Positions 1 to 8,500 of a DNA stretch of 45,901 bases are shown piece after piece. The notes below the pieces were generated by a model, which was not told the origin of the DNA, made no database searches, and saw nothing but the letters and a program-made list of their open reading frames with translations. The stretch lies in IMG/VR virus record IMGVR_UViG_3300033420_000010, positions 1 to 45,901 of that record; one strand, written 5' to 3'. A program made the position numbers and the translations under genes. Position 1 is the first letter of the stretch. Each line of letters starts with the position of its first letter. Source of the DNA: a virus. Lineage: Duplodnaviria > Caudoviricetes.

Positions 1-83
1 GGTACATGCTACCAGTTGCCTGATAGTAGAGGTGAAGAACTCTCTATGGTCTGAACCTGAGTGTCCTCTCAGGCGTTGTTAGA
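1..83 (-). ncRNA. Partial TnpB omegaRNA scaffold of tnpB copy 1; right end lies outside the window
   Basis: 81/83 nt identical to 38281-38363, the region between the tnpB copy 2 stop codon and its right-end hairpin. Confidence 0.75.
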
Positions 84-1301
84 TTAGCCAGCTACGACGG
101 CTACTTCGCCGTGATGTGACTTCGAGACTGGCAGTGTAGCGTAGAGCTCCATAGCCTTATTCTCGATGTTGGCTGCTGCGTTAAGGTCTCTGTCATGTGT
201 GTTGCCACAGAACGGACAGTCCCAGGTGCGCTCAGATAGTGAGAGCTTCCTCTCAAGCTGCTTACCTGTTAGTGAACAGATATGGCTGCTTGGGAAGAAG
301 CGACTCATATAGATGAGGGTAGCATGTTGGGATTCCACCACCTTGTACTGTAACTTAGTGAAGAACGAAGACCAGGCTGCGTCTTGTATAGCTTTACTGA
401 GCTTGCGGTTACGTATCATGTTGGCGACAGCGAGGGCTTCTACACCGATTACGTGGCTATTGTTAACCAGTGTACGAGTTGCCTTGTGTTGCCAGTCATG
501 ACGGGCGTTGGTGACCTTTTGGTGTAGCTTGGCTACTTTGATGCGTGCTTTAGTGCGGTTCTTGCTTCCTTTGGTTTTACGGGAGAGGGATTGTTGGTGA
601 CGCTTAAGGGATTTAAGGTGGTTTTGGAGCCACCGTGGATTCTCTAGTTTGTCACCTGTGGAGAGAGTTGCATAGGTTTTAAGGCCTAGGTCTATACCTA
701 CGTTGGTTTGACCAATGGTCTTTTGAGGTGTGTAATCACACATGAAGGAAACATAGTACTCATTACTTGCATTCTTAGTAATGGTAATGGAGTTAGGCTC
801 ATTTGGCAACTCTCTGCTCCAGATGACTTTGAGAGGAGTATCGAGCTTAGCAATAAAGAGCTCTTTACCCTTAAGGCGAAAACCAACACTAGTTAAACGA
901 AAGCTTTGATAGTAAGAACGTTTCTTAAACTTAGGTCTGCCAACTCTGTTGTGGAGTTTATGGCCTCTGTAGAAGTTAGCATAAGCTCTACCAAGATTTA
1001 TGGCGGTCTGTTGGAATGCCACATTAGAGTAGAGATTCATCCAAGGGTGAGTCTCTTTGAGTAGTGTTATTTTTTTACATAAACCATAACCTGAGGTATT
1101 TGGAAACTCTATTTCCTCACGTGGGTTTTGCCCCTTTTTTAACTTATAAATTTCATAAGCCTCGTTGCTCTCTTTTAAAAGTTGATTCCAGAGAAATCGG
1201 TTAGCACCGAAGACTTCGGTTAAAAACTGCTTTTGAGTGTCTGTTGGGTAGATGCGGTATTTGTAACCCTTAACGAAGGGCTTTTTAGGAGACTGTTCCA
1301 T
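84..1301 (-). CDS. tnpB: TnpB RNA-guided endonuclease (IS200/IS605 family), copy 1
   Basis: N-terminal YKYRIYPT..Q..FL...FG..RFLWN; RuvC motifs GIDLG, GVEAL, HDRDLNAAANI; CPFCG zinc ribbon. Confidence 0.95.
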   Translation of the reverse strand: MEQSPKKPFVKGYKYRIYPTDTQKQFLTEVFGANRFLWNQLLKESNEAYEIYKLKKGQNPREEIEFPNTSGYGLCKKITLLKETHPWMNLYSNVAFQQTAINLGRAYANFYRGHKLHNRVGRPKFKKRSYYQSFRLTSVGFRLKGKELFIAKLDTPLKVIWSRELPNEPNSITITKNASNEYYVSFMCDYTPQKTIGQTNVGIDLGLKTYATLSTGDKLENPRWLQNHLKSLKRHQQSLSRKTKGSKNRTKARIKVAKLHQKVTNARHDWQHKATRTLVNNSHVIGVEALAVANMIRNRKLSKAIQDAAWSSFFTKLQYKVVESQHATLIYMSRFFPSSHICSLTGKQLERKLSLSERTWDCPFCGNTHDRDLNAAANIENKAMELYATLPVSKSHHGEVAVVAG

Positions 1302-1325
1302 GATGTAACCCTTTCATTTAAGTTG

Positions 1326-1392
1326 TGTTAATCATAAACCCATTTAATTACAGTGACAATTAGAAATATATTGAATGGGTTTATGATTAACA
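1326..1392. repeat. 19-bp perfect inverted repeat between the divergent tnpB and amidase genes
   Basis: tgttaatcataaacccatt (1326-1344) / aatgggtttatgattaaca (1374-1392). Confidence 0.85.
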
Positions 1393-1449
1393 GCGGTCTA
1401 AACTCCAAGGTTTACGTATATGCATTTTTAGTTAACGAAGGAGTTTTAA

Positions 1450-1977
1450 ATGACGATACTTTATTCAGAGATGCGAGAAAAAATAAGAACAGGAGATTTA
1501 GTTGCTTGGGATAAACCAACAGACCCAGGACTAACTGGTTTATTCTTAAAACTATATCAAAAAATTACAAAGGCTAGGTACACTCATGTTGGGGTGGCTG
1601 TTGTTTTGGGTGAAAGAGTTATGATGGTAGAAGCAACACCACCTGAAGTTAGACTATACCCTCTATCTATGTCAAGTGATTTTTACTTAATAAAAACAGA
1701 TATTAGTAGCGTTTCTAAGCACTTAGATATAGTTTTGTCAGAACTAGGTAAGCCATACAATCTATTAGATTTTTTTAAAAATGTAATAGGTTTCAGTGAC
1801 AGTAATCGTGACTATTATTGTTCACAATTAGTTAGTAGGTACTATAATGAAATTGGCTATATCAATAATGATCTTGCTGGTTTAACACCAGATAGTATTG
1901 TTGAAGAAGTCATTAAGGCATCTAGTAGTGATCCTATTTATGTTAATGTTGACCGGGGGAATTTAAATGCCATTTAA
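1450..1977 (+). CDS. Permuted papain-like NlpC/P60 amidase (YiiX/YaeF-like)
   Basis: TGDLV, YTHVGV (catalytic His) precedes YYCSQLV (catalytic Cys); GKPY motif; GGAG RBS. Confidence 0.8.
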   Translation: MTILYSEMREKIRTGDLVAWDKPTDPGLTGLFLKLYQKITKARYTHVGVAVVLGERVMMVEATPPEVRLYPLSMSSDFYLIKTDISSVSKHLDIVLSELGKPYNLLDFFKNVIGFSDSNRDYYCSQLVSRYYNEIGYINNDLAGLTPDSIVEEVIKASSSDPIYVNVDRGNLNAI

Positions 1978-1993
1978 TGTACTTAAATAGTTT

Positions 1994-2025
1994 TAAAGAC
2001 ATAGGAGATTTCTCCTATGTCTTTA
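1994..2025. terminator. Bidirectional hairpin terminator
   Basis: 15-bp inverted repeat taaagacataggaga/tctcctatgtcttta between convergent genes. Confidence 0.75.
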
Positions 2026-3360
2026 TTTATATTTAGCTAAATTCTTAATAATTAGAGTTTCAAACTCTTCCTTAGAGAGTTCTTTTAATTGTTTATAGTT
2101 AAACTCTAGGTATCTGTACTTAAAATACTTAGCGTTGTATCGTACCGCATCATCACGATTCTTTTGTACTAATAAATCATCTTCACCATTTCTATGAAAA
2201 TGTGGTATATATTCATAGTGTTGTTTACCGTGAAACTCTATCAACAAGTTGTGATCTGGTAAATAAAAGTCATAAAAAAGAATGTTATAAATTTCTGGTA
2301 TACGATATTCTTGTATATGTCGTATGTTGTGTTTATCTAGTATAGCTTTGATAGCTAATTCACCTTTAGATGCATTACAGATTGGACAACCTTTACCACT
2401 ATGATGGTTAGCTGGTGTTTGTTCAAACTCACCATGCATAGGGCAAACTATAACAACTTTAGTATGATTGTTAATATACACAACTTTATTATAATCATAT
2501 TTGTTACCATGAATAGCTCTAGCTTTTTTTAAAAATTTTTTTAAATTAGATCTACGGTCTAATGACATTTTATCAAAATTACATTTAGAACAGCTGTTAC
2601 CTTTTAAATGTGATTCCGGTATTTGATTAAACTCACCATGTATAGGGCATATAATAGTTACCTTTTTACGAATGCCTGTATAAATAACTTTGCTGTAGTC
2701 GTATTTATCACCGTGGATAAGTCTTGCTTTTCTAATGAATTCTTCTTTTGTTGACATCCTTAACAATCTTCTATTTTCCAATCCACATTTTAGACAACCA
2801 GACCCCCATATATGAGCTACAGGTGTTTGTTCAAACTCACCGTGTTTTTTACAAACTATAATTATTTTTTCAGTGGAATTTATATACTCAACTTTACTGT
2901 AATCGTATTTATCACCGTGGATAAGTCTTGCCTTAGATATGAATTCGGCATTATTATATTTAAATCTTAATCCTGTTTTTTCAGCACCACAATAAGGACA
3001 ACCATGATCTTGTAAATGATTATTAGGTGTTTGCTCAAATTCACCATGGATAGGACATATAATAATAAGTTTAGTTGTGCTGTTAACATACTCCACTTTA
3101 CTGTAGTCGTATTTATAACCATGGATAGCTCTAGCTTTTCTAATGAATTCTTCTTTTGTTAAAGGTACATTTCTATAACATTTAGGGCATCTTTGTCCTT
3201 TTAAATGATTATGTGGTGTTTGCTCAAAGTCCCCGTGAATAGGACATATAATAGTTACATTAGTTTTACTATTGACGTAATTTACTTTATCATAGAGATA
3301 GTTGTTTTTATGTACTTTAAAAGCTTTTTCTATAAATTGTTTAATTGTATTTTTAAACAT
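2023..3360 (-). CDS. Homing-endonuclease-like protein: five ~68-aa zinc-ribbon repeats (DUF723-like) plus a C-terminal PD-(D/E)XK/Vsr-like nuclease
   Basis: Five F..KA..IHG.KYDYSKV.Y....K..I.C..HGEF.Q.P..H....C..C units, then SKGE...YDFYLPDHNLLIEFHGKQHY. Confidence 0.8.
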   Translation of the reverse strand: MFKNTIKQFIEKAFKVHKNNYLYDKVNYVNSKTNVTIICPIHGDFEQTPHNHLKGQRCPKCYRNVPLTKEEFIRKARAIHGYKYDYSKVEYVNSTTKLIIICPIHGEFEQTPNNHLQDHGCPYCGAEKTGLRFKYNNAEFISKARLIHGDKYDYSKVEYINSTEKIIIVCKKHGEFEQTPVAHIWGSGCLKCGLENRRLLRMSTKEEFIRKARLIHGDKYDYSKVIYTGIRKKVTIICPIHGEFNQIPESHLKGNSCSKCNFDKMSLDRRSNLKKFLKKARAIHGNKYDYNKVVYINNHTKVVIVCPMHGEFEQTPANHHSGKGCPICNASKGELAIKAILDKHNIRHIQEYRIPEIYNILFYDFYLPDHNLLIEFHGKQHYEYIPHFHRNGEDDLLVQKNRDDAVRYNAKYFKYRYLEFNYKQLKELSKEEFETLIIKNLAKYK

Positions 3361-3397
3361 AGTTTGACTTAATATTTAAATTAAAAAAGGACAATGT

Positions 3398-4486
3398 ATG
3401 CCATTTAATATTCCCAAACTATGTCTAGATATTATAGGCACTAACCAAGATAATAAAATAGTAGATGAACCCCATACACTATCTAATAAACCAACAAGAA
3501 GCATAGCTTCAAGCTATGGTCCATTCTTTGCTGCATCACTCATTGTTAAAGATGGTGCTACGGTTTTACAAAGAGGTATGGATTATCAGATAGTAGAACT
3601 TCACCAAGAAGCTACACTAAAGTATGCTAAGGAAATTTCTTCTGTTATATTGATCATTAATCCTCAGGTTAGTGGTACAGTCAGTATAACATATCAAGCT
3701 TTAGGTGGTCACTATTGTTATGATGATACATCTATTGCTAATATGTACCAGTCTGTTATTAACGACAACAGACCAGTAGACTGGTCTAATGTTTTTAATA
3801 AACCAGATGAGTATCCACCAACTATACATAGACATTTGCTTGAAGATGTTTATGGTTTTGAGCCAGTTGTAGATTATCTAGAACGTATTAGAAGAGCTCT
3901 TACTTTAGGTCAAACTAGTGTTGTTGTTGCAATTGTTAATAGCTTACTAAGTAAGTGGAGAATTAGAGAATTACCTAAATGTCTACCTAATAGTAAAATA
4001 GTACAATATGATGCTATGCTTTACTTTTTAAGTAGAAGAAAAATCCTTAACAACATTTGGGTTGATACTGTAGATGACTATTGGATTAAAGGCAATAGCC
4101 ATGAAATTCAAGTTGATACTTCTGGCTATCCAGTAGGTACAACACTATACTGGGAATTCTGGAGACCAGAAGGTAATATTGGTTTATTTAGTCATATCAA
4201 TGAGCCATTTAAAACTAATGGTGGAATTAAGAACATTTCTATATATGTCCCATGCGAGACAAATGTTGTTATAGAACCTTTATACATAGGTATAAAAGAG
4301 AACTTAGACGACATTGACTATAAGGCAGTAACTTACCTTATAGAGATAAGAGAGAACGTCTCCACAAATACTAACTATAGTCAGTTGATGTTTAACAATC
4401 AAGATGAACATGATGACTCACTATTCTTCGGAGATTATTCTTCTGACGATGAACTCAGACTGTGGTATACTCTAAACTACTACTAA
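3398..4486 (+). CDS. Putative virion structural (baseplate/fibre-attachment) protein, phiKZ-like
   Basis: LD..G.N..N.I..E.H, GPFF, ITYQALGG, W..V.NKP.EYPP..H.H motifs; paralogous to the N-terminus of 10618-11634. Confidence 0.6.
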   Translation: MPFNIPKLCLDIIGTNQDNKIVDEPHTLSNKPTRSIASSYGPFFAASLIVKDGATVLQRGMDYQIVELHQEATLKYAKEISSVILIINPQVSGTVSITYQALGGHYCYDDTSIANMYQSVINDNRPVDWSNVFNKPDEYPPTIHRHLLEDVYGFEPVVDYLERIRRALTLGQTSVVVAIVNSLLSKWRIRELPKCLPNSKIVQYDAMLYFLSRRKILNNIWVDTVDDYWIKGNSHEIQVDTSGYPVGTTLYWEFWRPEGNIGLFSHINEPFKTNGGIKNISIYVPCETNVVIEPLYIGIKENLDDIDYKAVTYLIEIRENVSTNTNYSQLMFNNQDEHDDSLFFGDYSSDDELRLWYTLNYY

Positions 4487-4496
4487 ACCTAAATAC

Positions 4497-4527
4497 CCCA
4501 ACTAGTAGATTTAATCTACTAGTTGGG
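4497..4527 (+). terminator. Hairpin terminator
   Basis: cccaactagtagatt/aatctactagttggg just after the stop codon. Confidence 0.65.
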
Positions 4528-4565
4528 AAAATTGTTTGAATTTTAACCAAAAGGACTTTACTACC

Positions 4566-5417
4566 ATGAAACTTTACCACGACACTCCTAATTCTCCTAT
4601 TTCTTTTACATTAGAACAATACCATTATCTTATTAATTCTTCATCAGTTATATCAGAAGAATCACTATCAGATTACTTCTACAAACTAAAAGATATTTTC
4701 TCTACAGCTTTTAAAGCTTTAACTGTTAAAGATACTGATAAACTAGTCAGAGACGTAGAATCTAATAAGTTTGAAGTTCTTCATAAAGTTAAAGGTATTA
4801 AGTTCATTGATGCTAAAGCTTACATGACTTCTAAACCAGAAAACTTTAAAGGTAAATACGTAGACTATTCTTTAGACTTAATCAACTCTTCTAACATCAT
4901 ATTAGCTGACACTGAGTCTACTCTTAATAATCTAAAAATGGCAGTAGCTTCTTTCATTAATGAATATTCAGAAGATAAAGTTTTTACACTGTATGGTGCT
5001 ACTTATTTCTCTAAATCTTCTAAACTTATAGAAGAACATCGCAAAGATATTTCTAAGTATTTCCCTTACGATAATGGTTCAACTAAAGCTTATATCTCTG
5101 ACATTTTAAAAACTTTCAATGACTTAGATTCTATCTATAAGAACATTGACGTCTTAGGTACTACTCTAAACTTGACTAAGATTAATTTTATTGCTAAACT
5201 TACAACAGATACATCAGAACTTATTGATTCCTTAATTGATCAAAATACTAAAACTAATGTACTAGCAAGAAACAGTGAAGTTAAAAAAGAACTTATTAAC
5301 GCTATTCATACCACAGCGCGTGAAGTAGAGTTCCTGAGCTATCTCTACGCTAATGCCATTATGTTTTATGGAACGTTTAAAAGCCTCACAGACGATTTAA
5401 GTAAGATGCCTAGCTAA
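4566..5417 (+). CDS. Putative virion head protein of a phiKZ-like paralog family
   Basis: Long helical ORF; ISEES resembles an S-x-E prohead-protease site; ATG at 4566 follows AAGGA (ORF track starts at TTG 4536). Confidence 0.5.
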   Translation: MKLYHDTPNSPISFTLEQYHYLINSSSVISEESLSDYFYKLKDIFSTAFKALTVKDTDKLVRDVESNKFEVLHKVKGIKFIDAKAYMTSKPENFKGKYVDYSLDLINSSNIILADTESTLNNLKMAVASFINEYSEDKVFTLYGATYFSKSSKLIEEHRKDISKYFPYDNGSTKAYISDILKTFNDLDSIYKNIDVLGTTLNLTKINFIAKLTTDTSELIDSLIDQNTKTNVLARNSEVKKELINAIHTTAREVEFLSYLYANAIMFYGTFKSLTDDLSKMPS

Positions 5418-5439
5418 CGATATCAATCACTCTTTTTAA

Positions 5440-5555
5440 ATCGCTACAAGGGCATTTAAAGCCCTTGTAGCGATACTGTGGTCTGTCTTTTCACCACAGC
5501 ACTAAATACTATTGAAAGAATATACACCACTGCCCTTTTACAGGCAGTGGTGTAT
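5440..5555. terminator. Cluster of hairpins between convergent genes
   Basis: Stems 5440-5474 (14 bp), 5477-5499 (short) and 5522-5555 (13 bp). Confidence 0.7.
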
Positions 5556-5569
5556 TTCTATTTTAAGAA

Positions 5570-8500
5570 TTAGATTCTAGACATAACATAGAGATATAGA
5601 TCTGCTACTTCTTTACGCAGAGCATCGATTTGTTCGTTAACAAATGTGATTGTAGCTGCATCAATGAGACCCATATCAGCAACAGTGTTAGGATTAGTAC
5701 CAAGAGTTACACGACCCTTAGGATCAACAGTTACACGAGTGTAAGCACCAGCAACAACACCAGTATCATTTAGAGTTGCAACCAGATCAACACCAGCGCC
5801 ACCGTTGAAATTAACTGCAGGAGCAGTCATATCACCAGAGACACTAAAGTTACGACCAGTAGCTAAGGTAGTAGCAGTATCAGCATTACCAGCTAAAGCA
5901 GCAGTGATAACGTTAGCAGAGAAATTACCGCTTGTATCACGTGCAACAATTGCGCTAGCAGTGTTAGCAGAAGTAGCATTTGAAGTAACAGTGATGTTAC
6001 CTGTTGCTGCGCCGTTACCATTAGCGACAGTGATACCTACACCACTTGTAACGATTTCCTTAGTGGACATGTTATTGGCGTTGTCACGAACGACAATACC
6101 AAACGTGGATACACCAGACAAGCTAGTGAGATTAGCGTTAAGTAGCTGACCGTCAGCAATACCATAACCAGCAAGAGTGGTTGGGTTACTACCAGCAGTT
6201 GCGCGACCATAAGAGTCAACAGCAAGCTTAGTGTAAGTACCAGCGACAACACCTGTAGTTGCTAGATCAATAGCGTCAGAATTAACGACGATACGAGTAG
6301 AAGAAACAGTAGTAACTGCAAGAGTATTACCAGTTAAAGTCATACCATCGCCAGCGATGATGTTACCTTGACCAGAGAACTGATTAATATAGATAGGATC
6401 TGTACCAATAGCAAAAGTCATTGGAACGTCTACACCCATTACCCAACCTGTTCCCTTGAGTGTGGAACCGTCGTAGACATAGAAGTAGCTACCAGGAACT
6501 TCTGAAGATTCATCAATGGTAGAGACACGCTTAAGAATGAAAGGTGTTCCAGCATTACCAACTTGTTGAACGACATAGTCACCGTTCTCAGCTTTATTAG
6601 TTTGGTCTTTCAGTAGAACGCGATCACCTACGTTAGCAAGCATACCGTCAACTGATAGAGAACCATTGTTAGTGCCTGTCAGTGTAGAGTTAACACCAGA
6701 TACACCGTTAAAATAAGTACCAGTATAGTTCACTGTAGAAGCTAAGCGTACTTGTGGTTTAGTAACCAAACCTTGTGCTACTGCGTCAACATACTGTTTA
6801 GTTGTTGGATGCATAGCTTGCAGAGGATCTGCGTGCAGAACCAAATAACCGGTCATAGTGTCACCGGCTTTAGATACCTTCAATGAATCCTGAACGTCGA
6901 CATAGTTCTTTGTTGTTGGATCAGTGTTCAAAATACCAACAGTGCCTTGTAAGGTAGTGATTTGACCTTGTAGAACAGTGTCTTTACCATCAAGATAAGT
7001 TGTTAGGCTAACAATGCCATCATCAACATAACCCTTAGTAGCGGCATGTAGTGTAGCAGTTGGTGCGGCATTCAGGGTCAAGAACCCAGTCATGATATCA
7101 CCAGCTTTATCAACCTTCAGAGCCAGACCAGTTGTAGATGCAGAGTTAGCTGCAGTCACACTTGATTCAACAAACTGCTTGGTAGCTGCGCCAAGAGCAA
7201 CAACTGGATCAGCGTTAAGGATTAGAGCACCAGTCATGGTGTCGCCAGCCTTAGACACTTTCAGTGCGTCTTGAGCTTCAGTAAACTGCTTGGTAGCAGG
7301 TTGCATAGCTGCGATAGGATCAGCGCTGAGTGTAACAACACCAGTTAATGTCCCACCAGAGAGATTAAGTTTACTATCAAGTTGCACCTGAACCTCAGAT
7401 GTAACACCTGCTAGTTGGTTAACTTCAGTAGAAGTAACAGTCACTGCATCAAGGAAAGTATTTTGAGCGACTGTCATGTGAACAGCAGCGTCACTAACGT
7501 GATTAAACAAGTTAGTATCTGAATACTGCTTAGTAACAGCACCTAGTAATGCTGTTGGATCAGCATTCAAAATGAGTGCACCAGTCATGGTGTCACCAGT
7601 TTTAGCTACTTTTGCGGCATCGTTAGAGTCAACGTAGTACTTAGTTGCAGCGTCTAAATTAGCTACTGGATCACCGCTCAGCACCAAAGTGCCAGTCATT
7701 GTTCCACCAGCTAGAGCAACCTTACTGTTAAGCTGAGTTTGAACAGCGGCAGTTGTACCAGCAAGATAATTTGCTTCAATAGAAGAAATAGTGATTCCAT
7801 CTAGGAACGTATTTTGAGCAGGTGTAACGTGCAGTGAAGCGTCTGCTGCGTGTGTAGACAGATTTGTATCTGAGTATTGCTTAGTCACAGCGTGCATGAT
7901 AGAAGTAGGATCAGCACTCAGGGTCAAGAACCCAGTCATGGTATCACCAGCTTTATCAACCTTCAGTGCCAAACCAGTTGTAGACGCAGAGTTAGCTGCA
8001 GTCACACTTGATTCAACAAACTGTTTAGTAGCAGCACCAAGAGCAACAGTTGGGTCAGCGTTAAGAATCAGAGCACCAGTCATGGTGTCACCGGCTTTAG
8101 CGACTTTTAGTGCATCTTGCGCGCTAACTGTTGTAGCCAACGTAGAAATACTGGTATCAACAAACTGCTTAGTAGCTGCGCCAAGAGCAACAACTGGATC
8201 AGCGTTAAGAACTAGAGCACCCGTCATGGTGTCACCAGCTTTAGCAACTTTCAGTGCATCTTGTGCATCAATATAAGTCTTTGTAGCAGGATCTGCATTC
8301 AAGACAGAAACAGTGTTTTGTAGAGTAGTTACTTGACCTTGTAATACAACGTCAGCAGCATCTACATAACTCTTATTAGCAACGTCTGTACCAACAACTG
8401 GTGTATCCGTAACTTTAAGTTTAGCACTAGCTGCAAATGTTACACTAGCTGAAACAGTGCTGTCAATAGTTTTAGAAACACGATCAGCAATATCAGCAAT

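Larger units (their letters stand above)
1..1330 (-). mobile_element. IS1341-like (tnpB-only) element copy 1, no recognisable left-end hairpin
   Basis: Homology to 38281-39625 stops about 30 nt upstream of the ATG; no CCCCGG hairpin upstream; no tnpA. Confidence 0.7.

Noticed and set aside
84-1301. Nuclease-dead TldR-type repressor
   Set aside because: All three RuvC acidic residues are present in both full-length copies; only one zinc-ribbon Cys is changed (CSLT)
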